From positions 147,202 through 211,201 of IMG/VR virus record IMGVR_UViG_3300049846_000628: a DNA stretch of 64,000 nt. One strand, written 5' to 3'. Positions 18,914-29,641 of this stretch are shown here, piece after piece. The notes beneath the pieces are model-generated. The model saw only the letters and a program-made list of their open reading frames with translations, had not been told where the DNA came from and did not search any database. Every line of letters begins with the position of its first letter. Position 1 is the stretch's first letter. A program made the translations under genes and the position numbers.

Positions 18914-18919
18914 GGGGTC

Positions 18920-19597
18920 TTAAGGATAATTTTTGACCACCTCAATGGACCCAATGATTCTTGTATTTTCTTCTTGAAGTTCTTTAATTGTAAAATTCTG
19001 CCCATATCTTTCAAACTCATATTCTCTTCTTTCAGTTTTAATCTGATTTGATCCAGTAACTAAACTTGTTAATTGACTTCTCAAAGATACAATTTGTGCT
19101 TGCTTTGATGTAATGGACGATGCGTGTGAAACACAAACTGAAGATGTGCAGGGTATTCCATAACAAGTAGACAAGTCACCATATAAACTTCCTATTCCGG
19201 TCTGTGTAGAATCATTTTGCGTATAAACTAGCCACGTACCTATTCCAACATTTGCTGAAATCAAAAGTGTATTAGAACTATCAAAAGGATCTTCACCATT
19301 ATAAGTTGGAGAGGACATATTTTCACTATAAACTCTCACAACATCAGGGAAAACAGTTGCAACTCCAACGGTTGTTCCACATCCAACAGCATAAGCATTC
19401 TGCGAAAGAGATACTATTTCTGTTTGAAGAGCGATAATTGATGCCGCAATAGAAACTATCTTTCTATCAACATTTATGGAAGGAGATGAAAATAGATCAA
19501 TATTTTCTTGAGACTCACTTTTACTCTCATTAAGAAAAGAGATTGCATCATTGTTTGAAACTAATTTTTCATTTAATACTTCAGTTAGAAATTTCAT
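18920..19597 (-). CDS. putative virion structural protein
   Basis: 225 aa, last gene of the baseplate-hub operon; VGVATV/GIGT motifs shared with fibre proteins. Confidence 0.6.
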   Translation of the reverse strand: MKFLTEVLNEKLVSNNDAISFLNESKSESQENIDLFSSPSINVDRKIVSIAASIIALQTEIVSLSQNAYAVGCGTTVGVATVFPDVVRVYSENMSSPTYNGEDPFDSSNTLLISANVGIGTWLVYTQNDSTQTGIGSLYGDLSTCYGIPCTSSVCVSHASSITSKQAQIVSLRSQLTSLVTGSNQIKTERREYEFERYGQNFTIKELQEENTRIIGSIEVVKNYP

Positions 19598-20252
19598 TTA
19601 TCTTCTCCTTCAGTTCTTCAATCTGTTTTTGTTGTTCTTTAATTGCTTCAATTAAGAGACCAACAATGTTTCCATATTGGACGCCCTTGTATCCATCAGG
19701 GTTTTCTCCGACAACTTCTGGTATAATTTTTTCAACTTCTTGTGCAATAACTCCAATTTGTGGTTGTTTGTTTTCTTTAAAGTCAAAAGATACTCCACGA
19801 AGAGCAGAAACTTTATCTAATGCATTTTCAATCGTATGAATATTTTCTTTGAGTCTTTCGTCAGATGATGGAAGTCTCTTCGCTAATGCAATTTCTGCTT
19901 CTAAATCTTTATTATTAATTCTAACCTTTCCAAAAAAATTAGTTCTACCAATAACAGTTAATCTTCCAGATATGTAACTTGTTCCAAATAGATAAACTCC
20001 AGAAAAATTAAGAATTTTTCCTCTGGTTCCTATGATATTAGGTGGTGTTTTTGGATTAAATGGATTCTTAAGCATCCATAAATTTCCACAAATACCTTTT
20101 TCACCAAGAGTTAAGGAATTGCTTTGTGCTACTAACTCTCCAGTGACTTTTACATTCTGATTAAAAGTACTATTGTCATGATAAAACGTTTCCTTACCCT
20201 TTACAGGAAGAGTTGGGAAACCAATAAGACTGAATAGTGATTGTATAGACAT
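19581..20252 (-). CDS. short fibre/spike protein with C-terminal peptidase S74 intramolecular chaperone
   Basis: SDERLKENIHTIENALDKV...LRGV...IGVIAQEVEKIIPEVV...YGNIVGLLIEAIKEQ. Confidence 0.85.
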   Translation of the reverse strand: MSIQSLFSLIGFPTLPVKGKETFYHDNSTFNQNVKVTGELVAQSNSLTLGEKGICGNLWMLKNPFNPKTPPNIIGTRGKILNFSGVYLFGTSYISGRLTVIGRTNFFGKVRINNKDLEAEIALAKRLPSSDERLKENIHTIENALDKVSALRGVSFDFKENKQPQIGVIAQEVEKIIPEVVGENPDGYKGVQYGNIVGLLIEAIKEQQKQIEELKEKINEISN

Positions 20253-20818
20253 TAAGCTACTCCTACAATACTACTAATTGCACCAAAGACATTAAACCCA
20301 CCAAGAAATACATCATCAATGTATTCATTTCCAACAGGTGAAAGTGCAAATGCTCTCTTACCAAATGTATTAAGAATTGCATTACCAGTAAGAGCAACCT
20401 GATCTATTTTATTTGCTTTCATAATGATTCTACCAGATCCAGATATTGCATTGATATTTCTACCTGCTTTAAGATCTAGATCTTCTAAAGCTTCAATCAT
20501 AATTGTTTTTCCTTTGATCTTCACTGTTCCATTAGATGTAGCAGTAATACAAATGTCTCCGCCTTTTCCGGTAATACATATATCTACATCACCTTCAGAT
20601 CCATTTTGACCTGCAACAATTTCAATACCTTTACTATTAATTATTTTGTAGGCACCAGATTCATTAAAAGTTTGTAGATGAATATCATTATCATTTGTAT
20701 AAGCATACATGTTATATACTGATGATCCATCCGCTCCAATCATAGGATCGTTTGTGGTAATTCTAAATTTTGGACCAACACTGATGTAATCTCTTGCTTC
20801 GTAATTTCTGTGAGTCAT
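20252..20818 (-). CDS. gp5-associated baseplate spike protein (beta-helix-like)
   Basis: Directly downstream of gp5; short beta-strand repeats. Confidence 0.55.
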   Translation of the reverse strand: MTHRNYEARDYISVGPKFRITTNDPMIGADGSSVYNMYAYTNDNDIHLQTFNESGAYKIINSKGIEIVAGQNGSEGDVDICITGKGGDICITATSNGTVKIKGKTIMIEALEDLDLKAGRNINAISGSGRIIMKANKIDQVALTGNAILNTFGKRAFALSPVGNEYIDDVFLGGFNVFGAISSIVGVA

Positions 20819-20819
20819 C

Positions 20820-22868
20820 TTATATAATACAATCTACTTGACGTTGTTCTTTTCCAGTTTGTGTAATCGGTCCAAGAATTGGTTTTAGGACTGCACCAAA
20901 TCCAGTGTTTGAATTAATTGTAATTACTGGTATACCAGTCGCTTCTACAGTATTTAGAGGTTTTGCAGAAAGTATCAGTCCATTATCAACTGTTAGTTGA
21001 TATGAATTTCCCAAGTTGTCCACAGCAATATCACCATTTGAATACTCCAATCCTGGAGTTTGAACTACAACATCAACAACTCCATATGAACCTTGTTGTT
21101 CTGGTAAGTATGGATATCCTTCTCCAGGAGAAGTTATATAAATTGAACTAATCTCACCTTTATCATTAATTGTTGCTCTTGCTCTAGCACCATATCCTAA
21201 TCCACAATCATCAACAATTTCAACAAATGGTGGAAAACGATAACCAGATCCAGCGTTAGTAACAACTGCTCCTATAATACTAGCAGTTTCAGTTACGTTA
21301 TTATAAATTGAAGTGCTCTGGACTGCTGCTCCAAGAATAGGAACTGCTGCTCCACCAATTCCTCCACCACCAAAGATGTTTAGTTTAGGTGGACCACAAG
21401 AGGTTGGAGTTCCAGTAAAACATGCCCCTGCAGCATCCAGGGCGCTTTGTAAGGACTCATTTAAAGAATCTCCACTGAAAACATTAACTACTCCCGTAGC
21501 ACTATTTTGTATTTGTTGCAACTGAGATGGAACTGATTTTGCATTTTCAACAAGAGCGTTAATATTAGAGGCAATAGTTTGAATATTTTTAAAAGCACTA
21601 TCAACGTCTAAATCTTGTTTAGGTCCAATTCCAACTTTCCATTCTTTAACTCCATCACATTTTGTATTGGTTTGATTACAGTCAAACAATCCACCTAAAC
21701 CTTGAATTGCATCGATGGTGCTTGTTACAAATTCAACAACATCAAAAACTCCACCGATTAATCCAGATACACCATCTAAAGCTGAAGATAGTCCATCAGC
21801 AACACTATCTACGATAGTGCTAAGAAGAGCACCAATAAATTGTTCAGCGGCACAGGTTGTAAAATTTTTAACATTTTGTAGAAGAGATTCTAACAACTCT
21901 ACAATTAAATCTTTTAATCCTTCTACAATTTTATTCGCAACACACGAGATTGCTTCCTCTAAAATTTTAATTGGAATCACAAAGACTTCATTTGATTTAT
22001 ATCCTGCAGTATGGGCAGCTGCTGGATTTCGTGTTGCTGCAAAAGTTGCTCCATAAACACTAACATATAATGCACTTAAAGCTCTTGGAATAATGCCTGG
22101 TTTTTCTTCAGTTCCAACTAAAAAATTATAAATTGCATCAATTATCTGACCAACTAACCAGTTTAAAGCAGTTTTAATAACTTCAGCAGTATCTTTAATT
22201 TTTTGTTTGTATTGATCTATCTTTCCTTGAGCATCTTTTAAAAATTTTAATAAATTATTAACTTCTGCCTTGATTGTTTTAACAGTTGTATTTTCGCAAG
22301 TATCGGCAAAAACAACCTCATCACCAATTCCAGGAATACCAATTTCCCCTAATCGCCTAGCAACTTCAGGAGGAACTTGTCTTGGATTTTGTTGAGCAGT
22401 AGGTGTTGCTTCGTTTGTTTGATTTGGATAATTTCTACCACTAGAACTTGGATTAACAATATTATCAGTATAACCTGTAAATGGAACAAATGGATTAGTA
22501 TATCCCGCAGTGGAATATTGACTTGTTCTTCCAAGTGCTCCCATAACAATGGGTATTTGTGCATTATCACCATCTAAAAAGAATCCAATAACAGTATCAC
22601 CTTGCTGTAACTTATGATTAATAGCATAATTAGCAGCTCCAGTTCCAGCAATTGGATCTAATAATACTTGGGCCCAAGGTAAATCTTGATTTGGTAATAA
22701 CTTATCATCTAATGGATGATATCCAAGAATTCTAACCTTAACTCTATTTCCCCACCCTTCTTTATTTGCTTGATCTGCCCAATCTTTTTTAGGAGCAATC
22801 TGTCCGATCCACCAACGGAAACCATCCCTTCCTATAAAATGACTCTGTAGTAATGATTGATCTAACAT
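20820..22868 (-). CDS. gp5: baseplate hub/spike protein gp5 (N-terminal OB fold)
   Basis: GRDGFRWWIGQ...GNRVKVRILGYH...LPWAQV...GDTVIGFFLDGDNAQIPIVMG. Confidence 0.85.
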   Translation of the reverse strand: MLDQSLLQSHFIGRDGFRWWIGQIAPKKDWADQANKEGWGNRVKVRILGYHPLDDKLLPNQDLPWAQVLLDPIAGTGAANYAINHKLQQGDTVIGFFLDGDNAQIPIVMGALGRTSQYSTAGYTNPFVPFTGYTDNIVNPSSSGRNYPNQTNEATPTAQQNPRQVPPEVARRLGEIGIPGIGDEVVFADTCENTTVKTIKAEVNNLLKFLKDAQGKIDQYKQKIKDTAEVIKTALNWLVGQIIDAIYNFLVGTEEKPGIIPRALSALYVSVYGATFAATRNPAAAHTAGYKSNEVFVIPIKILEEAISCVANKIVEGLKDLIVELLESLLQNVKNFTTCAAEQFIGALLSTIVDSVADGLSSALDGVSGLIGGVFDVVEFVTSTIDAIQGLGGLFDCNQTNTKCDGVKEWKVGIGPKQDLDVDSAFKNIQTIASNINALVENAKSVPSQLQQIQNSATGVVNVFSGDSLNESLQSALDAAGACFTGTPTSCGPPKLNIFGGGGIGGAAVPILGAAVQSTSIYNNVTETASIIGAVVTNAGSGYRFPPFVEIVDDCGLGYGARARATINDKGEISSIYITSPGEGYPYLPEQQGSYGVVDVVVQTPGLEYSNGDIAVDNLGNSYQLTVDNGLILSAKPLNTVEATGIPVITINSNTGFGAVLKPILGPITQTGKEQRQVDCII

Positions 22869-24227
22869 TTATTTCTTAATACCAAATGTATCTCTAACTA
22901 GTTTTAAAGAAGTATATGAATTTTTAGCGTCAAAATGATGACACAACTCTTTAATCATATATAGACCACTTTGATCAATGTCATATTCTCTAGCAGGATC
23001 TCGTGTAATTTTAGGGAATAAACACTCTATAACATCACCTGCTCTCAAATTTGTATTTGATGGAATCATTACATTGAGGGTTTGAACAAATAGATTATTA
23101 TATCTCATTAGTGCTTGAGATTGGTACTCTAATGGATTTGCATTCTTTGCGGTTGAAATTCCTTTATCCATTGTCCCAACATCAAGAATTCCAGTCATAA
23201 TTCTAGAAGGAAGATCGCCAAGAGTTTGATCAGAATTTTGAGAAACTCTTGGTAATCTAATTTGTTCTTGTCCTAGGGTTTTTGTCTTATCTATGTAATT
23301 TTCTAGTCTGAAATGGGCTTTATCTGGTGGGGTAATAGTACCATCAAGTGGATTGAAGAATATTCTATAGTTAGAATAAGTTCCTAATCTTAATTTTTCA
23401 AGTAAATTTTGGTTTCTCTCAATATTATAGTTCAGAATTTTAAAGTTATTGTTAATTCTTGCGCCATCAGTAGTATAAGACTGTGTTGCTTCACTATAGA
23501 TATATGTTGCTTTTGGTGCCTGTTGATTTAACAAGTCAATAGATCTGAATTGAAATCCATCCACAGTTTGGTAGAAGAAGAATCCTGCAGTTCCTTCTTG
23601 TGAATTTACAGATGTGGAACCATCACTTGAAACTATAGGAACACTCTTAGATGCTAACCAAGTCAAAACTGTAAATGGTTTTCTCAGGTTACCAATAAAT
23701 CCATATTTGTTTGATGTTTTATCAATTGTCGTAGGTTTGTCTGTCTTTAGAACATTAGTAAGAATCCGACTTACAGATTCATTAATAGGCAATGAGGGAT
23801 CAAATTTTGTTGCAACTCTTGTGGTTTCATTTGAGATAGCATCTCTAGAAACAAGATTTAATGTAAAGCTTTCTTTATTGTTCTCCGCAATTACATCACT
23901 AATGCTAGAAACATACAAATAATTTTTAGGATCAGTTGAAAAATCTAATCCAGGGTTTTTATCTGTGTTACCTGCAATTTTGATCGCAATTCTTTCTCCA
24001 CCCCTCAAAGGTAAACCATTATATATTGATTGGAGTTTACCATCCTTACTGTCTGGAGAAGCAACAGTATTTCCTGTGTTTACAACTCTTATTTTAGCAG
24101 TAATTGTTGGAGAAAATACATCTTCATAATAATCAATCATAATTGAACCAGAAGTAATGTCTACTGCTCTACTTCCGTCGTTTGATTCTATAACTATCTG
24201 TTGAAATATAGACCTTTGAATAGACAT
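22869..24227 (-). CDS. baseplate hub protein (gp27-like)
   Basis: Position upstream of gp5; LRAGDVIECLFP...SGLYMIKELCHHF...LKLVRD C-terminus typical of hub proteins. Confidence 0.6.
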   Translation of the reverse strand: MSIQRSIFQQIVIESNDGSRAVDITSGSIMIDYYEDVFSPTITAKIRVVNTGNTVASPDSKDGKLQSIYNGLPLRGGERIAIKIAGNTDKNPGLDFSTDPKNYLYVSSISDVIAENNKESFTLNLVSRDAISNETTRVATKFDPSLPINESVSRILTNVLKTDKPTTIDKTSNKYGFIGNLRKPFTVLTWLASKSVPIVSSDGSTSVNSQEGTAGFFFYQTVDGFQFRSIDLLNQQAPKATYIYSEATQSYTTDGARINNNFKILNYNIERNQNLLEKLRLGTYSNYRIFFNPLDGTITPPDKAHFRLENYIDKTKTLGQEQIRLPRVSQNSDQTLGDLPSRIMTGILDVGTMDKGISTAKNANPLEYQSQALMRYNNLFVQTLNVMIPSNTNLRAGDVIECLFPKITRDPAREYDIDQSGLYMIKELCHHFDAKNSYTSLKLVRDTFGIKK

Positions 24228-26215
24228 TAGACGTAACTTAAATCGGAGAGTAATTTGTTTTTCATAAAGTTATTTACCAAGAAAGATTCGTCAGTTGAAA
24301 GGTCAAGATCAAGAGATCCACCAGATGCTGCTACAACTTGCTGAGTCGCTGGTTGTCTATCATCAATCACAATAACTTTTCTACCAGTTCTCTCTTGCTT
24401 TACGCCTTCAAGAACACCAGCTAAGTAAGATTGTCCCTCCATATCTACCTCAGCAGCAGTCTGTGTAGCAATACTTGCACCTGCTGGTCTCATTGAGACT
24501 AATGGTTGAGAGGGTTGTGCGAATCCTTTACCAATTGGTTTATTTGTGAGGAATAGAAGGCGAACGTATTGATCCAACTTAGCAGCATAATTAGGATCAT
24601 CATTGATAGCACCACCACCACGACTACCCTTTTTAGTATCATACTCTAAGTGAATATGTGGTCCAGTAACTCTTCCAGACTTTCCTACTCTTGCAAAAGA
24701 AGTTCCTGCTGGTATTTTTCCAGATTTGATGATTACCGAACTCAAGTGAGCCATTCTTAATTGAATGCCCAAACTTGGAACCCAAACATCTATCAATAAA
24801 CCATAATCACCGTATGTTCCTTGTGCTACAACCTCACAATCAACTCTCAAGGAAATATAAGTTCCAGTAGGTGCTGCAATATCAATTCCTCCGTGACCTC
24901 TACCATCTCCAACAAGACTCGATACCTCAATATAATCAACACCTCTACCTAGAGACTTTGTAAAGACATCACCCTCCCTCAATCTTCTTTGTCCTGCTGC
25001 TCCACCGGTGAGTAATGCAAGTAGTGCTGCTGCAGGCGATCCAAATTGAGATAAAACTTGAGCGGGGGATGGTGTTTGAGATGTTGGTGTAGCAGTTGAC
25101 TTTCCTAGAGGAGTATCCTTCGCCCTATACATTATTTCTATCTCTTTTCTAGAATATTTTGAATATTTCGTCCAAGCACTAGGACCTTGAGTTTTTAATA
25201 TTCCAATCGCCAATAGATCTTGATTATTTTGATCAAACATATCAGTATCTTTTAATCCAGCAGCAGATTGTGCTGAAGGTAAAGTACCTGGTACAATCTG
25301 ATATCTTCCAGCAGCCCATAAAGTTTTTTTAACATTTTGATAATTTTTAACTTCACCAATGGTCATATCAGTAAGATTTTTTCCAAGCCATTTTTTTGAT
25401 CCTCCTGGTCTATCACCAGACTGTCCATTATTGATTGCATTATAATCTCCTCCACTTTCTGGTCCAGAAATAATATCAAGAGCCTGTTTATGAATTGGTT
25501 TTAACTTACTACCAGATACTGAAGGTTGTGCAGATGGTGGAGTTCCAGGAATCCCAGGTATTGTTGATGGTAATTGACCAAAAGCATCAGGAATCTTTTC
25601 TAACTCTTTAAATGGTTGTATGAGAACAGCAAAAGCATCACTAATTCCTCCACCAAGCTCATCAATTGATAGTTTTAAATCATTCAGAGAACTTCTTACA
25701 AGATATGAACTATCAGAAAAATCAAACTTGGAAATATTAACCAATCCTGCACTAAAAACATTTCCAATGCTAGATATAACTTCAACCAGTTCATCTCCAT
25801 ATCCACTTAGAATACTTCCAGCCGCTACAATTCTTTGTGAAAATTGTTCTCCCAAGGAAATCCAAGTTGGTAGATTACTTAATATCCATCCAGCAGAAAG
25901 ATAACCAACAAATCCAAGTAATCTATCAGTAATACTTGTACTTCTATCAGATGCTGCTAATAGTCTTGGACCTTTTGGTTTAACAGCAATGAGTGGAGCT
26001 GCTAAACGATCTCTTAAAACATTTCTATTTTCTCTTTCAATTCTTTTTTGTTTTATACTTCTAATATTAGATGATAGATTTCTTTTAGTGGATATATTCT
26101 TATTCAGTAACTTTGATAGATTAATAGCTGTATTTTTAGTTTCCTTCGTCTGCCTTTTTGTGGAAGACACTGAATCAGAAATTTTTTTAAATGAGATAGA
26201 GGGAGATATAGCCAT
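24227..26215 (-). CDS. virion protein with lysozyme-like and M23 peptidase domains
   Basis: ESGGDYNAIN...AAGRYQIVPGTL...FDQNNQD (lysozyme-like); HGGIDIAA and TGPHIHLEY (M23 HxxxD/HxH). Confidence 0.8.
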   Translation of the reverse strand: MAISPSISFKKISDSVSSTKRQTKETKNTAINLSKLLNKNISTKRNLSSNIRSIKQKRIERENRNVLRDRLAAPLIAVKPKGPRLLAASDRSTSITDRLLGFVGYLSAGWILSNLPTWISLGEQFSQRIVAAGSILSGYGDELVEVISSIGNVFSAGLVNISKFDFSDSSYLVRSSLNDLKLSIDELGGGISDAFAVLIQPFKELEKIPDAFGQLPSTIPGIPGTPPSAQPSVSGSKLKPIHKQALDIISGPESGGDYNAINNGQSGDRPGGSKKWLGKNLTDMTIGEVKNYQNVKKTLWAAGRYQIVPGTLPSAQSAAGLKDTDMFDQNNQDLLAIGILKTQGPSAWTKYSKYSRKEIEIMYRAKDTPLGKSTATPTSQTPSPAQVLSQFGSPAAALLALLTGGAAGQRRLREGDVFTKSLGRGVDYIEVSSLVGDGRGHGGIDIAAPTGTYISLRVDCEVVAQGTYGDYGLLIDVWVPSLGIQLRMAHLSSVIIKSGKIPAGTSFARVGKSGRVTGPHIHLEYDTKKGSRGGGAINDDPNYAAKLDQYVRLLFLTNKPIGKGFAQPSQPLVSMRPAGASIATQTAAEVDMEGQSYLAGVLEGVKQERTGRKVIVIDDRQPATQQVVAASGGSLDLDLSTDESFLVNNFMKNKLLSDLSYV

Positions 26216-26216
26216 C

Positions 26217-27443
26217 TTATACTACATTATAGTTGAGTTGGGAATATAATGTATAAAAATTATCAGTATTTTTTGAAGAAATCAAAGGAACATCAGTTAG
26301 TGTTTGTGGAGTAGAAACAGATGCTACCGATTGCTGCCCTTTTTGCCCAGATTGTAAATAAATTAAGTCTGGTGCTGCCTCCGGAACAGGTCCAATGTTT
26401 GGTGTTTGTAATTTTGGAGTCTGCACTTGAGAAACAAAAGCATCCATCTTGGTAGTCTTTGTTTCCTCCACCTTTGCAACAAATGTTCTCTCTGCGGGAA
26501 CATCAAGATTTGCAGCACCCATAATGTTATCCTTCATTGAAGAGAAATCAAAGTTCGGAAGTTTAAAACTTTCTGGTAGTGAAATATTCCCTGACTTTAT
26601 TCCACCACCAGTCATCATTTCATATCCAACACTTCCAATTGCTGCTGGAATTTGTAATGGTGATGGAATTGTGGCGGCACCACTCAATATCGCTCCAGGA
26701 ATATCTCCCTCTTGAATATTTTGTGCTGTTGCTACTGCACCCAATGCAGTACCCCCAACTCTTAAAGCTGTTCCACCAACACCACGCAACAACCCAGATA
26801 AACCTTCCATAGCATCATCTGCTGCAGAAGATACTGCAGATGATGCTGCTTGTGCAGAAGGTTTACCACCCTTGAATAAATTCTTAAATATTTCAGATAT
26901 TGCTTTAAATGGAGACTTTGTAAGTTCAACAGCACTTTTAGAAACTCTTTGAGTTACATTAGTAACTGAAGTAATAATAGATCCAATACCACTTCTTAAA
27001 TTCGAAAATGCCCCTGTAATAAATCCTAATGAATTTCTGACTACAGTTCCAATATTGGAAAGTGCTTGTCCAGTTTTGAGGGCACTAAATTTTATTGATC
27101 TTAGGAGTTGAAATCCTAAAACAGATGTAAATAAGTATTTTAAAGAACTTGTAATTCCTTCAAAAGTTGAAGTTAATTTATTCTCTAAATTTTTAACAGG
27201 TCGAATTAGAGAAGAGGAAATTCTTTGCTGTAATTGTTCTTCCTGCCCAATTCTAATTTCTCTTTCAGCAAGTATTCTTTCTTGCTCTCTTTCTTCACGA
27301 AGTCTTTGTTGATCTAGAAAAGAATCTGTTTGAATTAAACCCGCAATATTTTGAAGTCCAGAGTTAACCGTAAAAACTTCTGAACGAATTGTATTTAATT
27401 GTTCTTGGAGACCTACAAGAGCTGTAGCATTCTCTTTATCCAT
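26217..27443 (-). CDS. tape-measure/gp29-like baseplate hub protein
   Basis: Coiled-coil N-terminus, Gly/Ala-rich amphipathic middle; ATG at 27443 overlaps gp51 stop. Confidence 0.5.
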   Translation of the reverse strand: MDKENATALVGLQEQLNTIRSEVFTVNSGLQNIAGLIQTDSFLDQQRLREEREQERILAEREIRIGQEEQLQQRISSSLIRPVKNLENKLTSTFEGITSSLKYLFTSVLGFQLLRSIKFSALKTGQALSNIGTVVRNSLGFITGAFSNLRSGIGSIITSVTNVTQRVSKSAVELTKSPFKAISEIFKNLFKGGKPSAQAASSAVSSAADDAMEGLSGLLRGVGGTALRVGGTALGAVATAQNIQEGDIPGAILSGAATIPSPLQIPAAIGSVGYEMMTGGGIKSGNISLPESFKLPNFDFSSMKDNIMGAANLDVPAERTFVAKVEETKTTKMDAFVSQVQTPKLQTPNIGPVPEAAPDLIYLQSGQKGQQSVASVSTPQTLTDVPLISSKNTDNFYTLYSQLNYNVV

Positions 27444-27609
27444 TAGATGAATTCCTTTGGTTTTCCTCTTCAATATATTGCTGTAGGAGACCTATGTAAA
27501 TTTCTCTCTCCCACGGGATCATATTTTCTAGTTCAGTCAAAGAATATTTATGATGCTGAACGAGGGCAAAATTAGTCTTATAGTATGACGCAAGATCAAC
27601 GTGCGCCAT
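27436..27609 (-). CDS. gp51: baseplate hub assembly catalyst
   Basis: Manual translation MAHVDLASYYKTNFALVQHHKYSLTELENMIPWEREIYIGLL. Confidence 0.85.
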   Translation of the reverse strand: MAHVDLASYYKTNFALVQHHKYSLTELENMIPWEREIYIGLLQQYIEEENQRNSSNG

Positions 27610-27611
27610 CC

Positions 27612-28331
27612 CTAGACGAAAAAAGACGCTAATCCCTCCAAAACAACTTCACTTTCAACACCAGTATTTGGATTCGTAACATTGATTGTATGAGAAAGTT
27701 TAGGCATAGTTTGGAAAAACTTCTCAATCTGTTTAAATTGTTTTGAACTCAATTGCTCTAAGAATTCATTAAGTTCTTTCTTAGTTACATCTGATGCAGT
27801 CCAAGATTCTTCCTGATTATAAATTTGCTCTATGCAAGAAGAAACCATTCCAAATGTATCATCAACACTCATATCATTTTGACTTGAAAAGTTATTCTTC
27901 ACAAACTCTTGCATTGATGGATACTTCATTCTTAATGTAAGATCAGCATCCAACTGAATATCTCTAGAATGCTCTGGACTTACAACGACTTGGATATCAT
28001 CTAAATTAATACTTACAGGAACCTGAGTGACTCCATCATCAGGACAAGTAATCAGAACATCAACATCTTCCCCAACAGATTTTCCACGAATATTAAGGAA
28101 CAAATATTCAATATCAAACGTTGATAGTTCGTCAATCTTAACTCCTCTAGTAAGAATACAATTTCCGATAACTGTTTTAATTGCTTCCGAAATTTGTTTA
28201 GGATCCTCACTCTCCATCGCAATGATGAGGATCTTTTCTTCTTTAACTAGAAAGGGGCGATACTTAACTGTTTTCTTTAATGAAGGAATTTCCAACTCAT
28301 AAGTTGGCGTAGCAATTTTTGGTAAAGGCAT
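27612..28331 (-). CDS. gp26: baseplate hub subunit
   Basis: MPLPKIATPTYELEIPS...YRPFLVKEEKILIIA...FDIEYLFLNIRGKSVGE. Confidence 0.9.
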   Translation of the reverse strand: MPLPKIATPTYELEIPSLKKTVKYRPFLVKEEKILIIAMESEDPKQISEAIKTVIGNCILTRGVKIDELSTFDIEYLFLNIRGKSVGEDVDVLITCPDDGVTQVPVSINLDDIQVVVSPEHSRDIQLDADLTLRMKYPSMQEFVKNNFSSQNDMSVDDTFGMVSSCIEQIYNQEESWTASDVTKKELNEFLEQLSSKQFKQIEKFFQTMPKLSHTINVTNPNTGVESEVVLEGLASFFV

Positions 28332-28371
28332 ATCAAGATAATGATAGTCAGATAAAAATATTTAGTGGGTA

Positions 28372-29166
28372 TTATTCAATGATGGTTGGGATTACAGATC
28401 CAGCAGGAGTATAAGTTCTTCTTACACCAGGCTCATTTCCAAGAGATTGTCCCGTTCTGGGAATAAGACGATCTTGATTTTCATTTGGAAGTTGCGGAAT
28501 TGTTGGATCAAGATTAAATCCATCACCATTGAAGATGTTTATACTCATTGCTCTACCAGCAATATAACGATCATATCGGAAAGATATTGAAACTTTTAGA
28601 ACATCAGATTGAACATACGAAATTTGTGGAGAACTCATCGCTACTGGCCAAAGACCAATAAAACGATATTCAATCTCAGCATTATAATCCCTATCAAACT
28701 TAATAATTCTAGTATAGTTTGACTTATAGTATTCTGGATATTGCATCCTCGCAAAATATCCATAGTTAGCCTGACTAACCGATCCTGCTACACCATCAAT
28801 TGGATTATAAGATCCACTAGCAATAAACTCCATCCAAGACTCTATGAATTTCAAAGTTTTATAATTACTATCAACATAAAACTGTAAATCTATCTCATTG
28901 TAAAGTCTAGCAACAGCAAAGTTCTCTTGGACTCCAGTAAAGTTTCCATCAACTTGTTTTGAACTAAATGTAGATGTTGGTAAAGATGCATTAAAACACA
29001 ATAGTCCAGCATCCTCACCAATAAAGAGTGGAGAAATACCCTTGCGACTCACATAATTTCTCAATTCAACAGGCAATCCACCAAACAATACTTGATAGTG
29101 TGATGTTTGGGCTAGATTTGTAAATAGGGGTTTAATATCCGATATTTTACGGGGTTTTGCAGGCAC
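28372..29166 (-). CDS. tail tube initiator/tube-like baseplate protein (gp54/gp19 family)
   Basis: LCFNASLP...FYVDSNY...FIESWMEFI...YPEYY tube-fold motifs; GTG start. Confidence 0.7.
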   Translation of the reverse strand: MPAKPRKISDIKPLFTNLAQTSHYQVLFGGLPVELRNYVSRKGISPLFIGEDAGLLCFNASLPTSTFSSKQVDGNFTGVQENFAVARLYNEIDLQFYVDSNYKTLKFIESWMEFIASGSYNPIDGVAGSVSQANYGYFARMQYPEYYKSNYTRIIKFDRDYNAEIEYRFIGLWPVAMSSPQISYVQSDVLKVSISFRYDRYIAGRAMSINIFNGDGFNLDPTIPQLPNENQDRLIPRTGQSLGNEPGVRRTYTPAGSVIPTIIE

Positions 29167-29167
29167 T

Positions 29168-29206
29168 CTAAATACCCTATATGACTTTTATAGTATAAGT
29201 ATTTAG
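29168..29206. promoter_or_regulatory. overlapping divergent T4-type late promoters (CTAAATA on both strands)
   Basis: CTAAATA at 29168-29174 (+) and its complement at 29200-29206 (-). Confidence 0.7.
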
Positions 29207-29641
29207 ATGGCTTCTTACAAAGGAAAATATAAACCATCTTACCCACAAAAATATAAAGGAGATCCAACAAACATTGTATACAGATCTTTGTGGGAAAGAA
29301 AATTTATGGTTTATTGTGATACGAATCAAAAAATATTAGAATGGGGTAGTGAAGAGATGTATGTCTGGTATAAATCCCCCATTGATGGAAAACCTCATCG
29401 TTATTTTCCAGATTTCTACATTAAAGTCCAAGAAGGAAATGGAAGTATAAAAAAATATTTAATTGAAATCAAACCTCAGAAGCAAACTGTCCCCCCACCC
29501 AAACCACAAAGACAAACTAAAAGATACATTAGTGAAGTCTATGAGTATGCTAAAAACCAATCAAAATGGGAAGCTGCAAGAGAATGGTGTGCTGATCGTG
29601 GATATGAATTTAAAGTAATTACTGAGAATGAATTATTTTAA
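29207..29641 (+). CDS. gp4: head completion nuclease (TnsA-like)
   Basis: YKGDPTNIVYRSLWERKFM...HRYFPDFYIK...LIEIKP...NQSKWEAA. Confidence 0.9.
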   Translation: MASYKGKYKPSYPQKYKGDPTNIVYRSLWERKFMVYCDTNQKILEWGSEEMYVWYKSPIDGKPHRYFPDFYIKVQEGNGSIKKYLIEIKPQKQTVPPPKPQRQTKRYISEVYEYAKNQSKWEAAREWCADRGYEFKVITENELF

